From an uncultured Acidobacteriota bacterium (lineage in GTDB: Bacteria; Acidobacteriota; Thermoanaerobaculia; UBA5066; DATFVB01), in the NCBI GenBank assembly GCA_963813155.1, contig CAWEYG010000004.1:72918-136917 (forward strand): a stretch of 64,000 bases of DNA. The letters run 5' to 3'. The notes below the pieces were generated by a model. It worked only from the letters and a program-made list of their open reading frames with translations, was not told where the DNA came from and made no database searches. Numbering within the stretch: position 1 is the first letter of the stretch; each line of letters begins with the position of its first letter. The translations under genes were made by a program, and so were the position numbers. Positions 20,834-31,101 of this stretch are shown here, one piece after another.

Positions 20834-22533
20834 TGTTCCCCCGGAAGTCCGACGAGCGCGACACTGGCATTCCAGATCCGGAAGTCTTGCTCATCCCGAT
20901 GTGACGGGATCCTGTCGACGACGTCTTTCCCCGTCAACACGAGCGTCGGTTGCTGCGGGCGGACGAGCGATTCCGGCAGAGCAGTCTCGCTGGCGAGGTT
21001 GTAAATCCTGACGCCATGCAGTCCCTGAAGGTACCATCGCGCCTCACACCAGACTCCGGGGACTTCGCCGGTGGGAGCGAGAGACGGGAAATTCCAGAAC
21101 GTCACCGCGTTTCCATAGGAGGGCGCGATCGCTTCGATTCGCCTGGCCAGAAGCTCGGAATTCAAGACTTCTCCGCCCAGGCGAAGCGGCGCCAGCGCGA
21201 AGGCTGCGGAAACCGCCGTCAGCTCGGCGACGAGAAGCGTTCGCCCCCAGCGGGGCCGCAGGAGGATCAGGCACACCAGTAGCACTCCGAGCGCGATCGG
21301 CAGGATCAGTACGGCTCCCGTTGACACGAACCGGATGCTTGCGCCCGTCCAAAGCCAGAGGAAACAGTCGCTGCTCCATCGCGGTCGGAAGAGGAGCGCC
21401 CCTGCGGCGAGCGCGCCCGCTGCCGTCGTCAGAGCGACGCTGTGGCGCCCGGCCGCAAGAAGCCTCTGGACGAAGACGCCGATCAGAATCGCGACGGCGG
21501 GGTAGAAAGGGTAGCCGTACCAGGCCGTCGGGTTGGTGGCGGCGAGCATGCCGGCCGCGTACAGGCCGATCCAGCCCGCGCTCAGGGCCCGGTCATCGTG
21601 TCTCCACTCCGGCAGCCTCCGCAAGACCCACGCGATGATCAGCGGCGCAAGGAGGCTCCAGGGGAAGAACCCGTCAAAGAGCGTTCGCGCCAGAACGCCG
21701 ACCCGGCCGGACAACGGCCGCGGGGTCTTCCATGGCAGAGGTCTCCCGCCGCCCAAATTGAACCGTCCCAGGTTCTCCCGCAAGAGGAACACTTCCGCGA
21801 ACGCCCGGCCATGCAGGATCAGCATCGCCGCCGGCCAGGCCACGGAAAGCGCGAGGAGCATCGCCGTGGCGCCCCAGATCAGGCGGGGGGGAATTGGAGG
21901 ATTCGCCCTGCGCGTCGCAAAGAGATGGATTCCAACGAGGGCGGCCGCCGGGAGGCCCAGGAAGTTCTTCGTCAGACTGGCGAGCCCGAATGCGATGCCC
22001 GCGAGTATCAGAAGCCGCGGGTGCGCTCTGCGAGAAACGACACACAGCATTCCGAGCGCGATCCAGAACGTCGCCGTCGGATCGAGGCAGCAATTGCGAG
22101 CTCCATGGTAATAGACGAATCTTGCTGACGTCGCCAGGGCCAGCGCCGCGAAAACTCCCGCCCGGGCCCCGAAGAGACGACGCCCGATCAGCCCGGTCAA
22201 CAGCACGGTCCCGGCGCCGGCGGCACCCGACCAGAAGCGCAGAGCGAGGTCCGTTTGCCCGACGACGAGGAACGTACCGGCAGTAAGCCAGAAATAGAGC
22301 GGCGGCTTCGTGTAACGGAAACCGCCATTCAGACGGGGCGTGAGCCAGTCTCCGGTCTGAAGCATTTCCCGTGAGGTGAGCGCTTCGATCGCTTCGTCGC
22401 TGTCCTTCAGGCTGGGCGCGCCCAGACGATAGAAATTGAGCGCGAGCGACAGGACGGCGACCGCGAGCATGCCGATTACGAAAAAGCGGCGGTCGCGCCG
22501 GGCCGAATCGAGCGTCTCGGCCACGTCCGTCAC
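20830..22533 (-). CDS. ArnT/PMT-family (GT-C) membrane glycosyltransferase
   Basis: DSDEA...SREMLQTGDWLTPRLNG...KPPLYFW; multiple TM helices. Confidence 0.88.
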   Translation of the reverse strand: MTDVAETLDSARRDRRFFVIGMLAVAVLSLALNFYRLGAPSLKDSDEAIEALTSREMLQTGDWLTPRLNGGFRYTKPPLYFWLTAGTFLVVGQTDLALRFWSGAAGAGTVLLTGLIGRRLFGARAGVFAALALATSARFVYYHGARNCCLDPTATFWIALGMLCVVSRRAHPRLLILAGIAFGLASLTKNFLGLPAAALVGIHLFATRRANPPIPPRLIWGATAMLLALSVAWPAAMLILHGRAFAEVFLLRENLGRFNLGGGRPLPWKTPRPLSGRVGVLARTLFDGFFPWSLLAPLIIAWVLRRLPEWRHDDRALSAGWIGLYAAGMLAATNPTAWYGYPFYPAVAILIGVFVQRLLAAGRHSVALTTAAGALAAGALLFRPRWSSDCFLWLWTGASIRFVSTGAVLILPIALGVLLVCLILLRPRWGRTLLVAELTAVSAAFALAPLRLGGEVLNSELLARRIEAIAPSYGNAVTFWNFPSLAPTGEVPGVWCEARWYLQGLHGVRIYNLASETALPESLVRPQQPTLVLTGKDVVDRIPSHRDEQDFRIWNASVALVGLPGEQ

Positions 22534-22586
22534 AGAGGGAGATTAGCACCTTGGGGTCCGCTCGCGCGACTCGCGGGCAACGCGGA

Positions 22587-22997
22587 TTATTTCTTGTAGA
22601 ACGCCTCGACGACCTTCTTGATCTCGTCGTCGGCCGAGCCCTCGGCCTTCATCTTCCCGGCGAGCTCCGCTTCGCCGCGGCAGATTTCGCACCCCGTCGC
22701 GTGGAGCGACGTGTAGCAGGTGAGAAGCGACCTATGGTGCAGGTTCGGGCTCTCCTCGCAGCCGCAATAGCAGTGGATCTTGTCGATCGTTTCCGGATAT
22801 TTCTTCGCGGCCGCGTAAGCCGGGCGCGATTCCGCGTCCTCATCGCCCAGCTCCGCCGGGTCGAGGAGCGGCTTGGTTTCGCGGCACGCCGCGCATCCGT
22901 TGGATTTCGGCGATTCCTTCTTTGGCGCGGTTTTGTCGGCGAAGGCGATGGCGCCGGCGAGGAGCAGCGCGCCTCCGGCCGCGAGAATGAGTTTCAT
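22587..22997 (-). CDS. PCYCGC-motif-like secreted Cys-rich protein
   Basis: Signal peptide; GCAAC; IHCYCGC; HRSLLTCY; HATGCEIC. Confidence 0.8.
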   Translation of the reverse strand: MKLILAAGGALLLAGAIAFADKTAPKKESPKSNGCAACRETKPLLDPAELGDEDAESRPAYAAAKKYPETIDKIHCYCGCEESPNLHHRSLLTCYTSLHATGCEICRGEAELAGKMKAEGSADDEIKKVVEAFYKK

Positions 22998-24127
22998 GAT
23001 TTCTCCATCAACGGAAGGGTAACGTTTCCCCGCTTTCGATTGTTCCAGAATTCGAGCGCTTCGGCGTAGAAAGAAGAGGCTTCCGCCGCGAACGGCTTCG
23101 CTGAAAACCTCTCCGAAGCCGCCCTCGCGTGACGCGACATCGAGGCTCGCTGGTCGGGATGGCTGTGGAGGAACGCGAGCGACGCCGCGGCCTCCTCTTC
23201 GGTCCGGCAGACGAGCCCGGATCCGGCGGGAAGGCGCGCGTCTTCGATGCCGGGGACTGAGAGCGACACGGCCGGCAACCCGCTCGCCATCGCCTCGAGG
23301 ACCGCGCGGTGGCCCTGATCGGCGCCGGAGGCGGTGAAGAGGAATGCGTCCATCGACCGATAGAGGTCCGGAAGGAGGTCCTCCTGGTAGCCGGTCCCGA
23401 AGCTCCGGCCGCCGACGCCGAGCGAGCCGGCGAGCCGGCGGATCTCGTCTTCCCGTTCCCCCTTCCCGATCTGGAGGAGAACGATCGAAGGCTCGCCGAT
23501 TCGGGCGAGGATTCGAACCGCCGCGTCCTGCCCCCGTCCCGGGGCGATTTTCCCGATCGTGCCGACGACGAACGAGCCCCCGGGGACGCCGAACGACCGC
23601 AGGAGAGCCTCGTCGCGCGCGCCGGGAAGGAATCGATCGCGGTCGACAACCGGAGAGAGGACGCGGGAGGGCGCCGCGGAAGGGAATCGCTCGCGGAACT
23701 GCGACCCGATCGCGCTGTTGGAGAAAGCGTGTCCCGCGGATCGCCGGATCATCCAGCCCATACCGGCTCCCGTGCGAAGCGAACGCGCGTGGTGAAAGGA
23801 GCGGACGATCGGAAATCCGCGTCGCGGAGCCGCCGCGAGGGCCACGAGGTGGTCGTGGGAGGCATGGGAATGGAGAAGATCGAACGGCTCTGTCCCCAGG
23901 ATCTCGGCGACGCGCCCGACGTCGCGAAGGAACGCCCGCGGTCCGGCCCCCGGCGAGAGCATCGGCCGGGCCCATCCCGCGGATTCGAACCGGCGCGCGA
24001 GGGGGCTCTCCGCGGTGAAGCCGATCTCCGCTTCGACTCCGGCCGAGCGGAGGGCGCGGACCTGATCGAGAGCGACGGCCGCGGGTCCGGTCCATTTCGC
24101 GCCGGCGACCAGATGGAGAACGCGCAT
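22994..24127 (-). CDS. GT4 glycosyltransferase
   Basis: MRVLHLV, WTGPA, HSHASHDH and VLEAMASGLP motifs. Confidence 0.9.
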   Translation of the reverse strand: MRVLHLVAGAKWTGPAAVALDQVRALRSAGVEAEIGFTAESPLARRFESAGWARPMLSPGAGPRAFLRDVGRVAEILGTEPFDLLHSHASHDHLVALAAAPRRGFPIVRSFHHARSLRTGAGMGWMIRRSAGHAFSNSAIGSQFRERFPSAAPSRVLSPVVDRDRFLPGARDEALLRSFGVPGGSFVVGTIGKIAPGRGQDAAVRILARIGEPSIVLLQIGKGEREDEIRRLAGSLGVGGRSFGTGYQEDLLPDLYRSMDAFLFTASGADQGHRAVLEAMASGLPAVSLSVPGIEDARLPAGSGLVCRTEEEAAASLAFLHSHPDQRASMSRHARAASERFSAKPFAAEASSFYAEALEFWNNRKRGNVTLPLMEKS

Positions 24128-24190
24128 CGCGCGGATCGTAACTCAGAGCCGGTCCCGACGCTGATAGACTCCCTCGCGGAGGAAACGCGG

Positions 24191-24442
24191 ATGGCCGTCG
24201 ACCCGGAATTGCTCGCGATCCTGGTCTGCCCGAAGACGAAGGGCCCGCTCGAGCAGGTTTCGCTTCCTTCCGACGTTCGCAAGATGCTCGTGGACCGGTA
24301 CCGCGAGAAGTTTCGCGACGAGGAGCCGGTCGTGGAGGTGGGGCTGTTTTCCCCCGAGGCCTCGCTCGTGTACCCGATCGTGTCGGACATCCCCGTGATG
24401 CTGATCGACGAGGCGCTTCCGGCTTCCTCCATCGGAAGGTGA
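24191..24442 (+). CDS. Trm112-like protein
   Basis: VDPELLAILVCPKTKGPL...YPIVSDIPVMLIDEA. Confidence 0.85.
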   Translation: MAVDPELLAILVCPKTKGPLEQVSLPSDVRKMLVDRYREKFRDEEPVVEVGLFSPEASLVYPIVSDIPVMLIDEALPASSIGR

Positions 24443-24443
24443 T

Positions 24444-25682
24444 TTGAGCCTTTCGTCGCTTCTCGGGCGGCGAGAACCTCTTTCCCGGGCATTGCTGGTG
24501 CTTTGCCTGGCGCTCGCCGCGTCCACCTCGGCCGTCGCCGTCGCGAACATCCTTCTGGGCTTCACGGGCCTCGCCTGGCTCGCCGAGCTGCGCCGCGGCG
24601 GACGGTCGCGCGGGGCGGAGGCGTTCGGCTCGCCGGTCGTCCTCGCTCTCGCGATCTTCGTGCTCCTCCTCGTCGGTTCCGCCGTGTTTTCGATTCATCC
24701 CGGGCGAAGCCTGTTCGCGCTCAAGGGCATCTTCACGCTGCTGCTCCTTCCGCTGTTCGCCGACGTCCTGGAGACGGGCGACGATCTCGCCGCCGTCGCG
24801 AACGCGCTCGGGGTCGCGGCGCTCGTCCTCGCCGCGATCGGCGTCTGGCAGTACGCGCACGGAGCGAACCGGCTCTCGGACCGCATCGAGGCGACGCTTT
24901 CGCACTACATGACGTTTTCCGGCCTCCTGCTCGTCGTGTGCCTGCTGTTTCTGGGGCGCACCGTCGAGGATCGGTCGGTGCGGGCGGCCGCGCTGGCCGT
25001 GACGATCTGCCTGGGCGCCGCCCTGCTGATGACGTTCACGCGAAACGCGTATGTGGGCTTCATCGCGGCGAGCCTGGTCTTCCTCGCGATTCGCCGGCCT
25101 CGATGGATCTGGACGGCGGCGCCGGTCGCGTTTCTCGTCTATTTTCTCGCTCCCGCCGGAATCCGGCTGCGGATGCTTTCGACGTTCGACCCCTCCGATC
25201 CGACGAATCGGGACCGGCTCGACATGGCGGTGGCCGGTCTTCGAATGATTCGCGATCATCCGGTCTTCGGGCTCGGTCTGACGCTCGTCAAACCGTACTA
25301 TCCGCTCTACCGCGTGCCGAGCTCTCTCCGATTCCGCGTTCCGCATCTCCACGACAACGTTCTGCAGATCGCGGCGGAGTCGGGCCTCTTCGCGGCGGGC
25401 GCTTATCTCGCCCTGCTGGCGTGCTTTTTCGTCGCCTGTCTCCGGCGCCTCCGTTCCGAGCGGGATCCGCGCCTCCGCGGGCTCCTGGCAGGCTCGTTCC
25501 TCGCGGTCGCGGGCATCTCGGTGGCCGGCCTCTTCGAATACAATTTTGGAGACGTCGAAGTCCTGATGACCACCCTCATCGTCATGTCGTTTCCCTTTCT
25601 CGCGCGCGTTCCGGCGGCGCGCCGACTCGGAGGCCGATGTTTCCCGCTGATTCGCTCTTTCCCCGGCCGATCTACCGGGTGA
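24444..25682 (+). CDS. O-antigen ligase (Wzy_C) family protein
   Basis: Multi-TM; TFTRNAY, HPVFGLG and HLHDNVLQIAAESG motifs. Confidence 0.88.
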   Translation: MSLSSLLGRREPLSRALLVLCLALAASTSAVAVANILLGFTGLAWLAELRRGGRSRGAEAFGSPVVLALAIFVLLLVGSAVFSIHPGRSLFALKGIFTLLLLPLFADVLETGDDLAAVANALGVAALVLAAIGVWQYAHGANRLSDRIEATLSHYMTFSGLLLVVCLLFLGRTVEDRSVRAAALAVTICLGAALLMTFTRNAYVGFIAASLVFLAIRRPRWIWTAAPVAFLVYFLAPAGIRLRMLSTFDPSDPTNRDRLDMAVAGLRMIRDHPVFGLGLTLVKPYYPLYRVPSSLRFRVPHLHDNVLQIAAESGLFAAGAYLALLACFFVACLRRLRSERDPRLRGLLAGSFLAVAGISVAGLFEYNFGDVEVLMTTLIVMSFPFLARVPAARRLGGRCFPLIRSFPGRSTG

Positions 25683-26867
25683 GCCAGCTCCTCGCCGAGG
25701 TGAACACGGCTCTCTCGGTCGGCTGGCGGCGGGTCGCGGTGTCGGGCGAAGCCTGCGAGGTCCGGCCGTATCCGAGCGGGCACATCTACTTCGCGCTCAA
25801 GGACGAGGCCGCAAAGGTCAATGCCGGTGCTGTGGCGATCGGACGCCGTCCGGCTTCCGTTTCGCCTCGAGGAAGGGATGCAGATCGTCGCGACCGGCAC
25901 TCTCGGCATCTATTCCGCGCGCGGCCAGTTCCAGATCCAGGTTTCGGACATCCAGCCGATCGGCGCCGGGGCTCTCGCGATCGCCTTCGAGCAGCTCCGG
26001 AAGAAGCTGGCCGAAGAGGGCCTTTTCGACGAAGCCCGGAAGCGGGCGCTTCCTTCTCTTCCGAAGAGGATCGGCATGGTCACTTCCCCCGATGGCGCCG
26101 CAGTTCGCGACATCCTTTCCATCCTGAAGCGGCGGCACCCGAATCTGCACATCACGATCTTCCCCGCCCGCGTGCAGGGGGAGGGCGCGGCGGCGGAGGT
26201 CGCGGAAGGCGTCCGGGTCCTCAACCGGCTCGCCCGGTTCGACGTGATCATCGTCGCGCGCGGGGGAGGGTCGGCCGAAGACCTGGCGGCGTTCAACGAC
26301 GAGCGGCTCGTCCGCGTCCTCGCGGCCTCCGCGATCCCGACGATTTCCGCGATCGGACACGAGACAGACTGGACCCTGTGCGATTACGTCGCCGATCTCC
26401 GAGCTCCGACTCCGTCGGCCGCGGCCGAGCTCGTCATCGGAGTCCAGGAGGAGATCTCCCGTCGGCTCGCGCTGGCCCGCCGCTCGCTCTTCCAGACCGC
26501 TCGGCGCCGAACCTCGGAGCTTCGCGCGAGGGTCTCCCAGGCGCGCCGCGCCGAAGCGCTCGTGCGCTTTCCCTACGTGCTCATGCGGCGACGGGACCGG
26601 GTCGAATCCGCGTCCGAGCGGCTCGAAGAGAGGATGCGGGCGCGGATGGAGCGCTCGCGGTCGCGGCTGTCGAACTCGGCGGACCGGATGGGTGCGCTGG
26701 ACCCGCTCGCGGTCCTGCGCCGGGGCTATGCCGTCGTCTACCGGGAGGGCTCGGATTCGCCGCTGCGAAGCTCGCGGGGCGTCGCGCCGGGGACGCCGCT
26801 GCGCGTTCGCCTCGCGGACGGAGACCTTCGCGCGTCGGTGACCGAAAACCGGGAGGAGAAATCGTGA
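25637..26867 (+). CDS. xseA: Exodeoxyribonuclease VII large subunit (frameshift at ~25822)
   Basis: SGHIYFALKD, then GMVTSPDGAAVRDI, ARGGGSAEDL, SAIGHETD, RAPTPSAAAE. Confidence 0.93.
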
Positions 26868-27136
26868 AACCGAAGAAGGATTCGCTCCAGAGCTTCGAGA
26901 AATCGCTCGAGCGGCTCGAGGCGATCGTCGAAAAGCTCGAATCGGAAGATCTCGGGCTGGACGCGTCGCTCGCACTGTTCGAGGAGGGGATCGGCCTTTC
27001 GCGGGTCTGCCGCGAAAAGCTTTCCGATGTCGAGCGGCGCGTCGAGCTGGTGCTGAAGGAGGCCGACGGCGGGTACAAGTCGGCGCCGTTTCCGGCCGGG
27101 GACGAGGGCGAGGCGGAAGGGGAAGACCCCGATTGA
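26864..27136 (+). CDS. xseB: Exodeoxyribonuclease VII small subunit
   Basis: SFEKSLERLEAIVEKLESEDLGLDASLALFEEGI. Confidence 0.93.
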   Translation: MKPKKDSLQSFEKSLERLEAIVEKLESEDLGLDASLALFEEGIGLSRVCREKLSDVERRVELVLKEADGGYKSAPFPAGDEGEAEGEDPD

Positions 27137-28050
27137 GCCCGGATTTTCTGGTCCACTGGCGCGAGAGGATCGACGTCTCGCTCTCCGAAATGCTCGCGCC
27201 CGAATCGGACTGGCCGCGGAACCTGCACGCGGCGATGCGCTATTCGGTTCTCGCCGGAGGAAAACGCCTGCGCCCGATCCTCGCGCTCGCCGCCGCCCGT
27301 GCGTGCGGCGGGGACCTCGAGGCCGTCCTTCCCGCCGCCTGCGGACTGGAGCTGATCCACACCTATTCGCTCATCCACGACGACCTGCCGGCGCTGGACG
27401 ACGACGAATGGCGGCGCGGCGTGCCGACCTGCCATAAGAAGTTCGGGGAGGCGACGGCGATTCTCGCGGGCGACGCGCTCCTGACCGACGGTCTCCGTTG
27501 CTTCACGCTCTTTCCGGCGGACGCGAGGTTCGACTCCGCGAAGATCCGGGCGGCCAATGCGGTGGCCGAGGCGATCGGCACACGGGGCATGATCGGGGGG
27601 CAGGTCGAAGACATCGAGGCGGAGCGGGAGAGCCCAGCCGGCGAGAGGTCGCTGGCACGGCTGGAGAGAATTCACGCGAACAAGACGGGAAAGCTCATTC
27701 GCGCCGCGCTCGCCGTCGGGGGGATCCTCTCGTTCGCGTCGGAGGAGATTCTCGCGCTGCTGGACCGATACGGGGAGAACCTCGGCCTCGCGTTTCAGAT
27801 CAAGGACGATCTCCTCGACGTGGAATCGACACGCGAGGAGCTCGGGAAGGCGACCGGGAAAGACGAGGCCCACGGAAAGATGACCTTTCCGGGACTGCTC
27901 GGCCTCGAAGAGTCCCGGCAGGCCCTGGCGAAAACGGTCCTGGAAGCCCACGCTCTCGCCCGGATGCTCGAGTCGGGCGCGGGTCCTCTCGGGTCGGGCG
28001 AAGGCCCGCTTGGACAGCTCGCGGAATTCGTTTCGGCGCGGAAGAGTTGA
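27133..28050 (+). CDS. ispA: Farnesyl/geranylgeranyl diphosphate synthase
   Basis: GGKRLRP, SLIHDDLPALDDD..RRG, KTGKL and FQIKDDLLD motifs. Confidence 0.95.
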   Translation: MSPDFLVHWRERIDVSLSEMLAPESDWPRNLHAAMRYSVLAGGKRLRPILALAAARACGGDLEAVLPAACGLELIHTYSLIHDDLPALDDDEWRRGVPTCHKKFGEATAILAGDALLTDGLRCFTLFPADARFDSAKIRAANAVAEAIGTRGMIGGQVEDIEAERESPAGERSLARLERIHANKTGKLIRAALAVGGILSFASEEILALLDRYGENLGLAFQIKDDLLDVESTREELGKATGKDEAHGKMTFPGLLGLEESRQALAKTVLEAHALARMLESGAGPLGSGEGPLGQLAEFVSARKS

Positions 28051-28070
28051 GGTCCTCGGGAGAGTGTTCC

Positions 28071-28811
28071 ATGGCCGCATTCTTTCTCCCGGCGCTTCTT
28101 TTCTTCGCCCCGGCCGCTTCCGCTCCCGCGGCGGCCCGAAATGCCCCGGTGAGCGACGACGCGGCTCTCGCCGTGCGGATCGAGTCCGCCTGGCGCGTCC
28201 AGCAGCGTTGGGCGAGCATCGTGAAGAACGGAAACTACGACTATGCGTTCGAGCTGAAGACCTGGAGCTCGGAGCGCTTGAAGGAACAGATCGAGCGCTC
28301 CGCGCGCGTGGAATCGCGCGACGGGGTCTCCCGGACCGAAATTCTCTCCGCGCGAAAAGACGGCCGCGACGATCTTGCGAGCGCGCGGGAGCAGCAGCGC
28401 GAGGCGGAAGGAAAGCGGGCCCGGGGGGACGGAAAATCGAGGGAGTTTCCGTCCCCTTTCGACCCGAAATACCGGGCGGAATACGCACTTGCGGCCGAGA
28501 TCTCGAGGGACGGTCGCCCGGCCGTTTCGTTCCGGCCGCGCCGCCGTCTCGACGGGGCGATCGCGGGAACGGTCGAGTTCGACGGCGAGGGACGGCCCCG
28601 CCGGGTCGCGTTTACGCTCGCCCATGCGCCGATCTTCACGCGGAACCTCCGTTTCACGGTCTCGCTCGACGAGAAGGGAAATCCGGAGCGAGTCGAGTCG
28701 AGCGGCGAGGTCTCCCTGATCGTCTGGAAACGCAGATTCGAGTCGACGCTCGTCGTTCGGAATGTCGTCCCGGCTACTTCCCCTGCTCCGCCTTCCACCG
28801 CATCGCCATGA
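28071..28811 (+). CDS. Hypothetical secreted protein
   Basis: MAAFFLPALLFFAPAASA signal; beta-rich body. Confidence 0.55.
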   Translation: MAAFFLPALLFFAPAASAPAAARNAPVSDDAALAVRIESAWRVQQRWASIVKNGNYDYAFELKTWSSERLKEQIERSARVESRDGVSRTEILSARKDGRDDLASAREQQREAEGKRARGDGKSREFPSPFDPKYRAEYALAAEISRDGRPAVSFRPRRRLDGAIAGTVEFDGEGRPRRVAFTLAHAPIFTRNLRFTVSLDEKGNPERVESSGEVSLIVWKRRFESTLVVRNVVPATSPAPPSTASP

Positions 28812-30052
28812 GGATCCGGCTGCGGCCGCTCGGGTGGTCGAAGAAGAGGAACTCCTCCAGCTTGCCGGGATCGAGCTTCCGGTACTCGCCGAGCATCAGG
28901 TCGACTTTCGCCTCGGCGTCGGGCTCGCGTGCGGCGTTCAGCCCGAAGAGGTCCGCCTCGGCCTCCTGGGTGCGGATGTAGGTGTTCGTCAGGGGGGTGA
29001 GAAGGAAGAAGTAGATCGAGATCAACAGGACGAAGAGCGGGAGGCCCGCGACGTCCCCGACGCCCGACACTCCCCACGCCGCTCCTTTTGCGGCGACGAT
29101 CCGATCGAACGCCCACCGGACGGCCGCGAAGCCAACGACGATCAGAACGCCGAAAAAGAGAATCCCCTCGTAGACGTGGTGGAGCACGTAGTGCCCCATC
29201 TCGTGGCCCATGACGGCTTCGATCTCCGGAAGGGTGCAGCGGTTGAGAAGGTTGTCGTTCAAGGTGATTCGCTCCGTACCCAGGAAACCGTTGACGAACG
29301 CCGAGACGCGTTTCGACTGGCGCGAAGCATCCTGCTCGTAGACATCGCGCGCGGTGATTCCGTTCGCGCGGGCGAGCGAAAGGATCGGCTCTCTCACCCT
29401 CGCGTCCTCGAGTTTCTTGTACGTGTTGAAGAGCGGCGCAACGTAGATCGGCGCCACGATCTCTCCGAGGACGAGCAGCAGCATGGCGGTGAGGGAGCCC
29501 CAGAGCCACCAGGTCTTCGGCGCCCGCCGAAGGACGCCGTACAGAACCATGACCGCGAGACCCCCGAACACGACGGCGATCGCGAGTCCCTTGAGCTGGT
29601 CGCCCATCCAGGGCCCGAAGGTCTGATTTGCGAGGCCGTACCGGTGCTCGCGGAAATAGCCTTCGTAGACGGTCAGCGGAAACAGGACGGCGCTCGTGAG
29701 AAGGAGATAGAACACCCAGTAGATTCCCGTCTGCAGCGGCTTTGGCTTAGCGATTCTTTGCCGCGAGGTCGCGCAGGCGCGCGGACAGCCGCGTCTTCAG
29801 GAGCAGGAATGAGACGAGAGCGCCGGCGAGAAAATCCCAGAGGAGAAGCCAGTACCCGCCTTCGAAATAGGCGTCGGACCTGGCTTTCTGCGCCGGCGGA
29901 ACCGAGGCGAGGTACGCGGCCGTCGCGGCCGCCGGGTCCATGCGCGAATCGGCGGCCGAAGCCGCTCCCGGAGCGGAGGACTGCGCTCGTGCCGCGCCGC
30001 AGACGGCGAGCGATGCCGCGAGGGACAGGAAGAGGGTGGCCGCGGTTTTCAT
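28774..30052 (-). CDS. M48 (Ste24-like) metallopeptidase, frameshift at ~29745
   Basis: AVMGHEMGH (HExxH), EAEADLFG, FDHPS; N-terminal signal and TMs in ORF 29747-30052. Confidence 0.9.
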
Positions 30053-30111
30053 TCAGGTCTCCCTGCCCGCATTGTACGATTGAGAAGAAGAAAGGTTCGT
30101 GAACCCCGAAC

Positions 30112-31101
30112 ATGCGCGCAGCCGTTCAATCCGCTCTCGGCATGATGGAGATCCGCGAAATCGAAGCCCCGGTCGCCGGGCCGGGGGAGCTCGTCGTGCG
30201 CGTGCGGGCCGCTTTGACCTGCGGCACCGACCGCAAGATCCTCGACCGGGGGCACGAGAAGTTCTCGCCCCCGCTCGTGATGGGACACGAGTTTTCGGGA
30301 GACGTCGTGGACGCGGGGGCGGGCGCGCCGTTTCGCGTCGGCGACGCCGTGATGGGCGGCATTTCGGGGCCCTGCGGGGAATGCGGGGAATGCCGCGGGG
30401 GAGCCTCGAACCGCTGCGATTCGCCGAAAAGGGAGATCGCCTGGGGCGCCTTCGCGGAGCTCGTGCGGATCCCCGCCCGGGTCGCGGCCCAAAACACGTT
30501 TCGAAAGCCGGTCGCGCTGTCGTATGAGTCGGCCGCGATCGTGGATCCGCTCGCCTGCGTCGTGCGGGGGATTTCCCGGCTCGGGTCCGGCGCCCTCGAC
30601 GATCTCCTCGTCGTGGGAGCCGGGGCCGTCGGCCTGTTGTGGGTCGCCGCCGCGCGGGCGGAGGGTGCGAAAAGGGTGTCGGTGATCGGAAAGGGCCGGG
30701 AGCGGCTCGAAATTGCGCGCGGGCTCGGGGCGAGCGTCTTCGAGCTCGGCTCGGCGGAGCCGCCGCCCGCGAAGACCGTCGTCGAATGCGTGGGAACGCC
30801 GGAAGCCTGGACCGGCGCCTTCGCCCGGGCCGCGCCGGGCGGAACGACGCTGTTTTTTGGCGGGTGCGCGCCGGAGACCCTGGTCGCGCTCCCGGCGGCG
30901 AGGCTGCACTACGGCGAAGTGACGGCGGCCGGGTCGTTTCATTACCGCCCCGAGGACGCGCGGAAAGCGGCCGATTGGCTCGTCTCCGGCGCGGTCGATC
31001 CGAGGCCCCTGTTCTCGGGCTCGGGCCCGCTTTCGAATCTGCCGCTGTTTTTTGACAGAATGCGCAGAGGAGAAGGCATCAAGTTCGTGGTGAATCCGTG
31101 A
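30112..31101 (+). CDS. Zn-dependent alcohol dehydrogenase (MDR family)
   Basis: TCGTD, GHEFSG, CGECGEC and GAGAVG motifs. Confidence 0.9.
   Translation: MRAAVQSALGMMEIREIEAPVAGPGELVVRVRAALTCGTDRKILDRGHEKFSPPLVMGHEFSGDVVDAGAGAPFRVGDAVMGGISGPCGECGECRGGASNRCDSPKREIAWGAFAELVRIPARVAAQNTFRKPVALSYESAAIVDPLACVVRGISRLGSGALDDLLVVGAGAVGLLWVAAARAEGAKRVSVIGKGRERLEIARGLGASVFELGSAEPPPAKTVVECVGTPEAWTGAFARAAPGGTTLFFGGCAPETLVALPAARLHYGEVTAAGSFHYRPEDARKAADWLVSGAVDPRPLFSGSGPLSNLPLFFDRMRRGEGIKFVVNP

Noticed and set aside
25815-25830. Programmed frameshift in xseA (similarly rodZ, gpsA, ku)
   Set aside because: No slippery heptamer; indels are scattered across unrelated genes, consistent with sequencing error.
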